Both the position numbers and the translations under genes were made by a program. A stretch of DNA of 64,000 nucleotides. It comes from an uncultured Lachnospiraceae bacterium (GTDB lineage Bacteria > Bacillota > Clostridia > Christensenellales > UBA1242). The notes beneath the pieces are model-generated. The model did no database searches, had not been told where the DNA came from, and saw only the letters and a list, made by a program, of their open reading frames with translations. This document shows positions 53,215-62,021 of this stretch, in pieces; positions within the stretch are counted from its first letter, which is position 1, and each line of letters opens with the position of its first letter. The stretch lies in NCBI GenBank assembly GCA_964646345.1, contig CAZYDU010000004.1, positions 1,256 to 65,255 on the forward strand. Direction: 5' to 3'.

Positions 53215-54438
53215 ATGAAAGAAAGAAAAATAGAATTACTTGCACCAGCTGGTGACCTTGAAAGACTTAAAACAGCAATCTACTTTGGAGCAGATGCTGT
53301 TTATTTTGCTGGAAAAAATTACGGGCTAAGAGCTTATGGCACAAATTTTGACACAATGTCAATTAAAGAAACTATGGAATATATCCATTCGCATGGCAAA
53401 CGTGGATATGTGACGCTTAATGTCTACGCAAGACACGATGATTTTGCTGGACTAAAAGACTATGTTCAATCGCTTGTTGATGCCAAAGTTGATGCTGTTA
53501 TCATATCCGACCTTGGAATTTTCTCGTTTATACATTCAAATTTTCCAGACCTTGAAATTCATATTTCAACTCAAGCAAACACAACAAATATGTATGCCGC
53601 TAAAATGTGGAAAAATCTCGGAGCAACAAGAGTTGTTCTTGCAAGGGAACTCGATATTGACGAGATAACAAATATTTCTAAAAACAATCCTGAACTTGAA
53701 ATTGAAGCATTTGTACATGGAGCAATGTGCATAAGTTATAGCGGAAGATGTTTGCTTTCAAACTACTTAACAAATCGTGATTCAAATCATGGGGAGTGCG
53801 TGCAAGCTTGCAGGTGGAAATATTCTGTCATTGAAGAAAATCGTCCAGATGAAAAACTTGATTTGGAAGAAGATGAACGTGGAACTTATATTTTCAATAG
53901 CAAAGATTTATGCTTGATTAATTATTTGGATAAAATTATTGATGCTGGTGTAGATAGTTTAAAAATCGAAGGCAGAATGAAATCTTCTTATTACGTTGCA
54001 ACAGTTATCAATGCCTACAGGAGAGCTTTAGACTATTTGGAAGAATGTAAAAAATGCAATAAAAAGTATTCCGTTCCACAAGAACTTAAAGATGAACTCG
54101 AAAAAGCAAGCCATCGCAAATATACAACCGGTTTTATGTTTAACGATGGCGATGTTCGTCAAAATTATGAATCATCTATTCAAGAACAAAGTAGTAAATT
54201 TATGGCGATTGTTCTTGAAAAACAAGATGGTAAAATCTTAGTTGAACAAAGAAACAAATTCGTTGTTGGCGATGAACTTGAGATATTATCTCCAAGTGAA
54301 GAATTCAACAAAAAACTAAAAATCACAAAAATGACCGATGAGAATGATATTGAATTAACAGAAGCTAAAAATGTTCAACAAAAAATTTGGATTTATACCA
54401 ATAAAAATATACAAGTTGGCGATATATTAAGAAAATAA
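53215..54438 (+). CDS. trhP: Peptidase U32 family protein (YrrN/YrrO, TrhP-like; tRNA ho5U34 hydroxylation factor)
   Basis: ELLAPAG start, ISTQAN, VLARELD, and the U32 signature E.FVHGAMC.SYSGRC.LS......R..N.G.C.Q.CRW.Y. Confidence 0.75.
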   Translation: MKERKIELLAPAGDLERLKTAIYFGADAVYFAGKNYGLRAYGTNFDTMSIKETMEYIHSHGKRGYVTLNVYARHDDFAGLKDYVQSLVDAKVDAVIISDLGIFSFIHSNFPDLEIHISTQANTTNMYAAKMWKNLGATRVVLARELDIDEITNISKNNPELEIEAFVHGAMCISYSGRCLLSNYLTNRDSNHGECVQACRWKYSVIEENRPDEKLDLEEDERGTYIFNSKDLCLINYLDKIIDAGVDSLKIEGRMKSSYYVATVINAYRRALDYLEECKKCNKKYSVPQELKDELEKASHRKYTTGFMFNDGDVRQNYESSIQEQSSKFMAIVLEKQDGKILVEQRNKFVVGDELEILSPSEEFNKKLKITKMTDENDIELTEAKNVQQKIWIYTNKNIQVGDILRK

Positions 54439-54451
54439 AGGAGAAAAATTT

Positions 54452-54790
54452 ATGAATTTTGATATAAAAAATGTAAAAATTATTGTGTTTATCCCTGAAG
54501 AAAAAGTTAGTGAACTTCGTGATGCAGTTTGCGATGCAGGAGCAGGAAAAATTGGAAAATATTCATACTGCACATCATCAATCAAAGCATCAGGCACTTA
54601 TATTCCAAATGATAAAGCTGAACCTTATATTGGGACTCAAAACACTCTTGAATTTGTTGAAGAAATCAGACTTGAATTTATTTGCGATATAAAAAAAGTA
54701 AAACAAATTGTAAAAATTATTAGACAAATTCACCCTTATGAAGAACCTGAAATCGATATCATACCACTTCTTGATGAAAAGTCATTTTAA
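54452..54790 (+). CDS. Stand-alone NIF3/YqfO cap-domain-like (PII-like fold) protein, 112 aa
   Basis: The VFIPEE...LRDAVCDAGAGKIG.Y..C start and the HPYEEPEIDIIPL end resemble the inserted domain and C-terminal motif of NIF3-family (YqfO/YbgI) proteins. Confidence 0.5.
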   Translation: MNFDIKNVKIIVFIPEEKVSELRDAVCDAGAGKIGKYSYCTSSIKASGTYIPNDKAEPYIGTQNTLEFVEEIRLEFICDIKKVKQIVKIIRQIHPYEEPEIDIIPLLDEKSF

Positions 54791-54792
54791 AA

Positions 54793-54818
54793 ATACGGAT
54801 TTAATATCCGTTTTTTTA
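54793..54818 (+). terminator. Rho-independent terminator after the rnj-trmR-trhP-NIF3-like gene string
   Basis: Stem ACGGAT/ATCCGT, loop TTAAT, then T7. Confidence 0.7.
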
Positions 54819-54885
54819 TTGCAAAAAATTCCAAATTAAAACATAATTTTACCATTTTCTTCATAAAACTGATTATGGGGGAATT

Positions 54886-55584
54886 ATGTTTAACGGATTT
54901 ATAAAATTATTGTCAAGACTTTTAAGCAAAATATTGTTTTTGACTGGCAGGGTTGATAACAGTGCGACGTTCGAAAAACCATTAACTGAAAAAGAGGAAA
55001 AAGAAACTTTTTTATTAATGAAACAAGGCAACAAACTAGCTGAAGAAAAACTAATAAAACACAACTTAAGACTTGTTGCTCATATTTCCAAAAAATATAA
55101 AAATTCAAATATAGACAATGAAGATTTAATTTCTATCGGAACTATAGGTCTCATGAAAGCAATAAAGACTTTCGACTATTCAAAAGGAAATAGTTTTTCA
55201 ACTTATGCATCACGATGTATTGAAAATGAAATACTAATGAATTTTAGGTCAAATAAAAAGAATGCTCAAGCGGTGTTTTTAGATGATATTATTTCAACCG
55301 ATAAAGACGGCAACAAATTGTCACTTTATGAAGTTTTATGTGATGATAACCCAAGTGTTGATACTCAAATTGAAAATAAGATTCTATATAAAAAAATTGA
55401 AAATATTGTTCTAACAAAACTAGACCCTAGAGAAAAGGAGATTATAATCAAACGTTTTGGTCTACTGGGAGAACAGCCAAAGACTCAATTTGAACTTGCT
55501 GATGAATTGAATATATCTCGTTCATATATCTCAAGACTAGAGAAAAAAGCAATTAAAACAATACAAAATAGTATTATTTCATAA
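54886..55584 (+). CDS. sigK: Sporulation sigma factor, pro-sigma-K-like (sigma-70 family, group 3)
   Basis: ILFLTGRVDNSATFEKPLTEKEE...KHNLRLVAHISKKY...EDLISIGTIGLMKAIKTF...TYASRCIENEILMNFR aligns closely with B. subtilis pro-sigma-K (FLVSYVKNNAFPQPLS...HNLRLVAHIVKKF...CIENEILMHLR). SigE-like remains the alternative. Confidence 0.7.
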   Translation: MFNGFIKLLSRLLSKILFLTGRVDNSATFEKPLTEKEEKETFLLMKQGNKLAEEKLIKHNLRLVAHISKKYKNSNIDNEDLISIGTIGLMKAIKTFDYSKGNSFSTYASRCIENEILMNFRSNKKNAQAVFLDDIISTDKDGNKLSLYEVLCDDNPSVDTQIENKILYKKIENIVLTKLDPREKEIIIKRFGLLGEQPKTQFELADELNISRSYISRLEKKAIKTIQNSIIS

Positions 55585-55669
55585 TTTTCTAATAAGTTTT
55601 GCGTTTTTATATTTTTTGATAAATTATTTAATATATCATTAATTACACATCAAGCATGGCAAAATCATA

Positions 55670-55698
55670 TTGACAAAAACAATACAAAATAGTATAAT
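55670..55698 (+). promoter_or_regulatory. Consensus sigma-A promoter of rnpB
   Basis: TTGACA (55670-55675), 17 nt, TATAAT (55693-55698). The predicted start near 55705 coincides with the 5' end of the P1 helix. Confidence 0.75.
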
Positions 55699-55704
55699 AT
55701 TATT

Positions 55705-56022
55705 GTTAGTTGGACAGGCACGCAAAGCAATTTGTGAGGAAAGTCCGAGCATCATAGAGCAATCACGCTTGATAACGTCAAGCCGAGGCGACTCGAGGAA
55801 AAGTGCAACAGAAAGATACCGCCGAAAGGTAAGGGTGAAAAAGTGGGGTAAGAGCCCACTCAACTGGTTGGTGACAATCGGTTGCTGTAAACTCCGTGAG
55901 ATGCAAGGTGTGGAACATTTAGGACTGCTCGTCCGTTCCCGTGACCGCTTGAGTATGGTGGCAACATCATATCTAGATTGATGCCTGTCTTAAATGACAG
56001 AACTCGGCTTACAGACTAACTA
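55705..56022 (+). ncRNA. rnpB: RNase P RNA (bacterial; compact, presumably type B as in Bacillota)
   Basis: Universal P4 strands GAGGAAAGTCCGAGC (5') and ACAGAACTCGGCTTACAG (3'). The block GGTAAGGGTGAAAAAGTGGGGTAAGAGCCCAC is present. P1 pairs GTTAGT (55705-55710) with ACTAAC (56015-56020). Confidence 0.9.
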
Positions 56023-56054
56023 AAAGGGTGGTTTTACCACCTTTTTATTTTTTG
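56022..56054 (+). terminator. Rho-independent terminator of rnpB
   Basis: Stem AAAGGGTGG/CCACCTTTT (GGTGG 56027-56031 pairs with CCACC 56037-56041), loop TTTTA, then a T-rich tract. Confidence 0.7.
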
Positions 56055-56237
56055 AAAATTTTTATAAAAATTGTATAATTTAGCAATATTTAATTATATT
56101 TTAACATTTTTAGAGTTGTTTTGCGTTTTTAATAATACTGTATTAATTTGCAAAAATGTAACTTTATTTTTCAACAAAAATTTATTTGTCTATTTTAATC
56201 TAGAAAAACTAATACAATTTGTTTAGATTTTAATCTC

Positions 56238-56266
56238 TTTACAATTATTTTTTTATATGTTATAAT
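56238..56266 (+). promoter_or_regulatory. Candidate extended -10 promoter for rarA
   Basis: TTTACA, a 17-nt spacer ending in TGT, then TATAAT (56261-56266), 25 nt before the ATG. A second candidate (TTGAAA-16-TATAAT) lies at 56052-56079. Confidence 0.45.
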
Positions 56267-56290
56267 CTTAAGGATTATAAGGGGGCAGAA

Positions 56291-57583
56291 ATGGAAAATC
56301 TTTTTGAAACCGAATCAAAAAAACTTGCACCACTTGCTGAACGCATGCGTCCAAAATCTTTAGATGATTTTTTGGGGCAAGAACACATTGTTAGCAAAAA
56401 CTCATTTCTTCGCAGAGCTATAACTTTTGATAAACTCGGAAGCTGTATTTTCTATGGCCCACCGGGAACTGGAAAAACAACACTTGCTGGAATTATTGCT
56501 AAGCAAACAAATAGTTTTTTCGTTTCACTTAATGCAGTTTCATCAGGTGTAGCTGATGTTAAAAAAGTTATTGCAGATGCTAAAAGCAATATTGAATTAT
56601 TTGGCAAAAAAACATACTTACTTTTAGACGAATGTCATCGTTGGAACAAAGCACAGTCTGACAGTATGCTTGAAGCTATCGAAAAGGGCTATATAATTTT
56701 TATTGGCTCAACCACTGAAAATCCATTCATCGCTATGACAAGAGCTATTGTTTCAAGATGTAGAGTTTTTGAATTTAAACCATTAACCAAGCAAAACATT
56801 ATCTTTGCAATCAATAGAGCCATTGAAGATAAAGAAAATGGCTACGGAAATTTAAAATTAAATATATCTAGTGAAGCAATCGAACACTTTGCCGTCACAA
56901 GTGGTGGAGATGCTAGAATTGCTTTAGGTAACTTAGAGTTAGCAGTTCTATCAGCTGAAAAAAAAGATGGCATTAGCATTGTTACAGCAGAAGATGCAAA
57001 ACAAGTTTGCATGAACAATACAAATAGCATTGACGAGGATATTTACTATGATATGTTATCGGCTTTTTGTAAAAGTCTTCGTGGAAGCGATGCAGATGCA
57101 GGCCTTTACTGGGCTCATAGATTAATTTCTGCCGGTTGTGACCCATTATTGATTTTTAGACGAATGCTAGCTCATGCGTCAGAAGACATAGGTCTTGCTA
57201 ATTCAAACGCATTAGTTGTTGCAAATTCTGCAATGCAAGCGTATTTGCAAATGGGCAAACCTGAAGGGTTAATCCCAATGTCTCATGCGATAATTTATAT
57301 TTGTATGAGTCCGAAATCAAATTCAGTTATAAATGCAATGCACTCAGCTCAAGAAGACGTTGAAAAAACATTTATTGGCAGTGTTCCTGATCACTTAAAA
57401 AATTATAACTATCTAAATGAAAAGCGTGAAAAATACAAATATCCACATGATTTTGGCGGTTGGGTTGAACAACAATATTTACCAGACGAAATCAAAGACC
57501 ACGTTTATTATATTCCATCAAAAAACGGAAGCGAAGCATCAATAAAGCTTCCTGAAAACAAACAAAAAAATATTAAGGGCTAA
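56291..57583 (+). CDS. rarA: Replication-associated recombination protein A (AAA+ ATPase RarA/MgsA)
   Basis: LAERMRP.SLDDF.GQEH start, Walker A GPPGTGKTT, Walker B LLLDECHRWNK, and the C-terminal blocks YYD..SAF.KS.RGSD.DA.LYW and PKSNS. Confidence 0.9.
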   Translation: MENLFETESKKLAPLAERMRPKSLDDFLGQEHIVSKNSFLRRAITFDKLGSCIFYGPPGTGKTTLAGIIAKQTNSFFVSLNAVSSGVADVKKVIADAKSNIELFGKKTYLLLDECHRWNKAQSDSMLEAIEKGYIIFIGSTTENPFIAMTRAIVSRCRVFEFKPLTKQNIIFAINRAIEDKENGYGNLKLNISSEAIEHFAVTSGGDARIALGNLELAVLSAEKKDGISIVTAEDAKQVCMNNTNSIDEDIYYDMLSAFCKSLRGSDADAGLYWAHRLISAGCDPLLIFRRMLAHASEDIGLANSNALVVANSAMQAYLQMGKPEGLIPMSHAIIYICMSPKSNSVINAMHSAQEDVEKTFIGSVPDHLKNYNYLNEKREKYKYPHDFGGWVEQQYLPDEIKDHVYYIPSKNGSEASIKLPENKQKNIKG

Positions 57584-57588
57584 ATGAT

Positions 57589-59775
57589 ATGATTACACCA
57601 GAAGAATTAGAAAAAGAAAAACAGTATTTGAAAAAAGTATGTGAAGTTTTGAACAACGAAATCGAAAATTACAATTCGCAGGTAAAATCTCTTTCTAACA
57701 ATATTCAAGAACAAATGAGCTATGCTTGGGATAAAACCAATCGTCTTTCAGACACTGAATTTATTTATGCTGTCGCAAACATTCAAAAGCGTAGTGTTTA
57801 TGCTGAAAATGCTAACAAAAAATTAACCAGTTATAAAAAAATGCTCAACAATGCTTATTTTGCTCGCATTGATTTTGATGATGGCGAAGAAATTTTACCG
57901 GTTTACATCGGCATTGCTTCACTTCAACAAGGTGATGATTTTTATGTTTATGACTGGCGTGCTCCAATATCAAGTATGTTTTATAATAGTGAAGTGGGAG
58001 ATGCAAGTTACACCATTTCTTCAGGCGAAAAAATAACCGGAAAAATTACTTTAAAACGTCAATACAAAATTTCAAATGGCGAACTAATTGAAGTTTTTGA
58101 TACCGATATGCAAATTATTGATAGTATTTTAAAACGTATCCTTTCTGAAAATGCTTCAAGCAAAATGAAGAATATTGTTAACACTATTCAAAAAGAACAA
58201 AACGAAATTATACGTAAAAACAATGTTGATATTTTAGTTGTTCAAGGTCCAGCAGGCTCTGGTAAAACCAGTATTGCAATGCATAAAATTGCTTATCTTT
58301 TGTATTCTGAAAGAGATAAAATTAACAACTCAAACGTAATGATTTTATCGCCAAATGATATTTTTAATAACTATATCTCCGATGTTCTTCCTGACATTGG
58401 CGAAGATAATGTTGTTCAAGCAACATTTATTGAGTTTGCCAAAGCTTACATCAACGAGTACACAATTAATTCAAAAATTGAAGATATTTATGAAATTGTT
58501 TACAGTGAAAGAACTGAAGAAACTAGGAAAAAATATCAGGAACTCAAGTTTAAACACAGTCAAATGTATATCAATATTTTACTTGACCATATAGAAAAAA
58601 ATAAAATTTCTTTATTTGGTTTTGAGCCTATTGAAATTAACGACCAGGTTATTATGACCGTTGAAGAAATGGAGAAAATTGCAAATTCTATTAGACCTGG
58701 CGGAGAAAGTTTATATAATCGTGGCAAGAAAATTATTGAAAGAATTTTTATGTCTGCTACACAAAAAACGCAAAAGCACTTAACTTTGGAAAAAATTAAA
58801 GTAAATTTCAGCGAAAACTTGACAAAAATTAAATCTAAAATTGCTTCACTTTATGAATCTCTTTATGCATCAGAAGAAGAATTTATTTCATTTGTTAAAT
58901 CTGAATTTGAAAAATATGGCAAGAAGGGAGAAGAAAAAAGATTTGATTTAAGTTTTATTTATAATGAAACCAAAAAATCTATAGACGAAGGGATTTTGGA
59001 ATATCAAGACGTAACTCCATTTATGTTCTTGAAATCAAAAATTATTGGTATTCAAGCAAATAAAAACATTAAGTATGTTATGATTGATGAAGCTCAAGAT
59101 TATTCAATTACACAATTTAAAATTTTGGCAATGCTTTTCAAAAATGCTAACATCTCACTTCTTGGCGATATTAATCAATGTATATCTCCTTTTAATTCCA
59201 TCAAAAATTATGATAAAATCGTGGAAGTTTTAAAAATTCAAAAACAGGGTGCAATAAGCACTTATAAAGAACTTTCAAAAACTTATCGTTCAACCTATGA
59301 AATTAATGATTTTGCAAAAAAGCTATTTCCAGAAACTGCAAAATATTCTCAAGTGGATAGACATGGCGATGATATAAAAATTACAAAACTTAACGAATTT
59401 AATGTTAAAGATATTATAAATAGGGCATTAGAACTTAAAAAATCATATAACACCGTTGCAATCATTTGCAAAAATATTTCTGAAACATTATTATATAGTA
59501 AAGAAGTACAGTTTCAAGAAAATCCAAATCTATTTAGAATGGTTACAAAAAATGACAATATTTTTGTATCTGATAAAATTATGATTATCCCATCTTATCT
59601 ATCTAAGGGTTTGGAGTTTGATGCTGTTATTGTTTCAAATGCTTCTTCAGAAAAATATATTGAAAAAGAAAGAAACCTTTTTTATGTTGTGTTAACCAGA
59701 GCTCTGCACAAGCTAGAACTCTTTTACACCGGAGAACTTACAAAATTAATCACAGGAGATACTAATGAAAAATAA
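57589..59775 (+). CDS. helD: HelD-type UvrD-like helicase (RNA polymerase recycling ATPase)
   Basis: YFARIDFDDGEE..VYIGI N-terminal module, Walker A GPAGSGKTS, DEAQDYS, GD.NQ, and C-terminal GLEFD.V...LYV..TRA. Confidence 0.8.
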   Translation: MITPEELEKEKQYLKKVCEVLNNEIENYNSQVKSLSNNIQEQMSYAWDKTNRLSDTEFIYAVANIQKRSVYAENANKKLTSYKKMLNNAYFARIDFDDGEEILPVYIGIASLQQGDDFYVYDWRAPISSMFYNSEVGDASYTISSGEKITGKITLKRQYKISNGELIEVFDTDMQIIDSILKRILSENASSKMKNIVNTIQKEQNEIIRKNNVDILVVQGPAGSGKTSIAMHKIAYLLYSERDKINNSNVMILSPNDIFNNYISDVLPDIGEDNVVQATFIEFAKAYINEYTINSKIEDIYEIVYSERTEETRKKYQELKFKHSQMYINILLDHIEKNKISLFGFEPIEINDQVIMTVEEMEKIANSIRPGGESLYNRGKKIIERIFMSATQKTQKHLTLEKIKVNFSENLTKIKSKIASLYESLYASEEEFISFVKSEFEKYGKKGEEKRFDLSFIYNETKKSIDEGILEYQDVTPFMFLKSKIIGIQANKNIKYVMIDEAQDYSITQFKILAMLFKNANISLLGDINQCISPFNSIKNYDKIVEVLKIQKQGAISTYKELSKTYRSTYEINDFAKKLFPETAKYSQVDRHGDDIKITKLNEFNVKDIINRALELKKSYNTVAIICKNISETLLYSKEVQFQENPNLFRMVTKNDNIFVSDKIMIIPSYLSKGLEFDAVIVSNASSEKYIEKERNLFYVVLTRALHKLELFYTGELTKLITGDTNEK

Positions 59776-60748
59776 TGGAAGGGCTGACCTTTACCAAAAT
59801 TATCAACGTAACCTTATCAAAGCAACCGTTGCAACAAATGTCGGCATAAACAATCCTGAACGTATTGTTAAAATGTACGGAGCAAGTGCAAACCGTGTTG
59901 AAATTTTAACCAGACTTCGCAAATATTCAAAATTTACAATTTTCTGGTACATTACATTTTTCTTACTTGGTCTTGCATGTCTTGCTATTGATATTTCAAG
60001 CTGGTTCTATGTAGTTGACCTTTATGTTGTTATGGTTAACATCGACTTGGTTGCTCGTGGAAAAATTCTCGGTATGTATGTAGGTGTTTTTGAATGTTTT
60101 TTATATTCATTTAATGCAATACAAACTGGACTCTGGGGCGAAGTTATCAAAATGTTATGTATTTGTGTCCCACTCAACATTGTATCTATCATTAACTGGA
60201 CAAAGTCTTTAAAAAGACAAAAGCTAGAGAAATATTCTTCTGAAAATGAAGATATTATCGTTAAAAGATTATCTAAAAAAGAAATCATAAAATTTTCTTT
60301 TATTGGCTTAGTTATCGCCGGCGGTTGTTATTGTTTGTTAAGATTTATTTTACCTTTAATAGGTGTTCAACAAGATACAGCTTTGGAGCTTGGTGCAATA
60401 TCTCTTGCAATTTCAATCGTAAGCAAAATTTTCACAGCAAGAAAGAATATGGAAAGCTGGATTCTTTGTATTGTAAATGACATAATTTGCCTTATGATGT
60501 GGGCTCAATCAATTATTTTTGGTGGCTTTGACTTATCACAAATATCAATGATTGTTTATTATTTGGCTTGCTTTTCAAATGATATTTATGCTTATTCGCT
60601 ATGGAAAAGCATGTATAGAAAAATTGCTGTCAATGGTGGAAAGATATTGGCTATGCGTAAGGTTAATATCCGAAGAATTATTAAACTTAAAAGACAATTT
60701 AGAGACTTGCACTGGGACAAAAAAATTGACATGGAAAAAAATAGTTAA
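59765..60748 (+). CDS. pnuC: PnuC-like nicotinamide riboside transporter family membrane protein with an N-terminal extension
   Basis: Two-repeat TM pattern with W/N motifs: LYSFNAIQTGLWGEVI...NIVSIINW in one half and ESWILCIVNDIICLMMW...FSNDIYAYSLW in the other. The start overlaps the helD stop by 11 nt; an internal start is possible. Confidence 0.5.
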   Translation: MKNNGRADLYQNYQRNLIKATVATNVGINNPERIVKMYGASANRVEILTRLRKYSKFTIFWYITFFLLGLACLAIDISSWFYVVDLYVVMVNIDLVARGKILGMYVGVFECFLYSFNAIQTGLWGEVIKMLCICVPLNIVSIINWTKSLKRQKLEKYSSENEDIIVKRLSKKEIIKFSFIGLVIAGGCYCLLRFILPLIGVQQDTALELGAISLAISIVSKIFTARKNMESWILCIVNDIICLMMWAQSIIFGGFDLSQISMIVYYLACFSNDIYAYSLWKSMYRKIAVNGGKILAMRKVNIRRIIKLKRQFRDLHWDKKIDMEKNS

Positions 60749-60772
60749 AATCCGAGCAATCGGATTTTTTTA
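60748..60772 (+). terminator. Rho-independent terminator after the pnuC-like gene
   Basis: Stem AAATCCGA/TCGGATTT, loop GCAA, then a T tract. Confidence 0.7.
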
Positions 60773-60801
60773 TTGGACAACTTTAACATAATGGTAAAGT
60801 A

Positions 60802-60988
60802 AGGGGATTTCTCCATTCCGCTTCGCTCCAGTCGAAATGACACGTGAGAAGAAGTATATGTCTGCCAGGTGTCATCTCGACCAAACGCAGTGCGTGGAGA
60901 GATCTCTTTAAAAATAATTTTCGCTTTCTAATTAGGAGATTTCTCGACTTCGCTCGAAATGGCACGAAATAATAGAGTTGAAATGACA
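60802..60988 (+). repeat. Composite cluster of three units of the GC-rich repeat family, with the same forward / reverse-subtype-2 / forward architecture as 3348-3565
   Basis: Unit 60802-60842 is AGGGGATTTCTCCATTCCGCTTCGCTCCAGTCGAAATGACA. Unit 60867-60909 is identical to 3430-3472. Unit 60934-60988 is AGGAGATTTCTCGACTTCGCTCGAAATGGCA..TTGAAATGACA. Confidence 0.85.
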
Positions 60989-61055
60989 AATATATAATTC
61001 AGTCCACCACCTGCTAAATGCATAAAACAATCCGCCACCTAAAAAAATATAACAC

Positions 61056-61084
61056 TAAAAAAGGCGTTTCTTTAATGAAACGTC
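61056..61084 (-). terminator. Rho-independent terminator of the GDPD gene
   Basis: On the minus strand: stem GACGTTTC/GAAACGCC (one mismatch), loop ATTAAA, then T6. Confidence 0.6.
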
Positions 61085-61096
61085 TTCTTGTTTAAA

Positions 61097-61858
61097 TTAT
61101 TCTTCGTCTTTATTTTTGTCTTTTCTAAGAACTAATGGGGTGTAACTATCAAATAAAAAGTTATCACAAAAACCTTTTAATCTAATTTCTTCGCCTTCGC
61201 TTCTAATCGTGTACGCAAGAACAGGTATGACTCCGTAATATTTTTTTAAATATTTATTAGGCATATCAGCTCCGTCATAAACTATAAAGTTTGGTTCGCT
61301 AACTTTTTTGTTTAGCATCATTCTCTTTAAAGCATATCTTTTCACACCAGTTATATCTTTATTTCTAAAGAAGCATGCAAGTTGACCACGTTTAACTTTT
61401 GGTGCATTGTTTTTAAACCATTCAAGGGTGTATGGGTTGAATGATTCAACTGCATATTCGCCATCATACTTGATAAGCTCTTTCCAAACGGCCTTTTCTA
61501 GCGGTCCAACTTTGCCTGTATTTTTTATTTCAATTAGCACTGGAACTCTTCCATCAATAGTTTCTAATGCTTCGGCTAAGGTTGGTATTTTTTCCTTTGT
61601 GCCTTGCAATCTAAAATCTGATATATCAGATAATGACAAGCTTGAGATAAAACCATCACGACCAGTCATTCTTGCCAGCTTTTCATCATGAAAGATAACT
61701 GGCGTTCCGTCAGCAAGGGCAGTAACGTCAAGCTCGATTGGAAGTTTATTTTTAACAGCTTGTTTAAATGCTAAAAGTGAATTTTCTGGTACTTTTTCTC
61801 CAAAAAGACCCCTATGTGCGATTGGGGATTTTACAATCCATGATTCATAAATATTCAT
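61097..61858 (-). CDS. Glycerophosphodiester phosphodiesterase (GDPD family, cytoplasmic type)
   Basis: IAHRG...PENSL.AF..A, ELDV....DG..V.FHD..L.R.T, and a later block EIK. No signal peptide. Confidence 0.8.
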   Translation of the reverse strand: MNIYESWIVKSPIAHRGLFGEKVPENSLLAFKQAVKNKLPIELDVTALADGTPVIFHDEKLARMTGRDGFISSLSLSDISDFRLQGTKEKIPTLAEALETIDGRVPVLIEIKNTGKVGPLEKAVWKELIKYDGEYAVESFNPYTLEWFKNNAPKVKRGQLACFFRNKDITGVKRYALKRMMLNKKVSEPNFIVYDGADMPNKYLKKYYGVIPVLAYTIRSEGEEIRLKGFCDNFLFDSYTPLVLRKDKNKDEE

Positions 61859-61977
61859 ATTTTCATCTCCAAATTCTTATATGTTAATTATACAATCAAA
61901 TTTCCATATTGTCAATATTTTATGCAATCGCAAAATGTGATAAATTTACTGAAATTATATAATATTTGCTTAACTAA

Positions 61978-62006
61978 TTGATTTTGTTTATATTTTCGTT
62001 TAAAAT
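61978..62006 (+). promoter_or_regulatory. Candidate sigma-A promoter for lepA
   Basis: TTGATT, 17 nt, TAAAAT (62001-62006). SD GAGG precedes the ATG at 62022. Confidence 0.4.
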
Positions 62007-62021
62007 AAATATGAGGTTATT

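Noticed and set aside
55639-55981. ORFs 55639-55863 (-) and 55670-55981 (+)
   Set aside because: They overlap the RNase P RNA gene, which has unambiguous conserved P4 sequences plus its own promoter and terminator.
53462-58594. Overlapping alternative-frame ORFs inside housekeeping genes (53462-53668, 54483-54692, 56842-57030, 57851-58036, 58355-58594)
   Set aside because: They are contained in genes with strong family-level motifs (U32, NIF3-like, rarA, helD). They show no independent signals.
3348-60988. The two similarly organised composite clusters (3.4 kb and 60.9 kb, same orientation) as att-like borders of a 57-kb island
   Set aside because: The interval contains essential and core genes (rnpB, rnj, sigK, rarA), so it cannot be a mobile island. 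The similarity reflects the repeat family and not integration.
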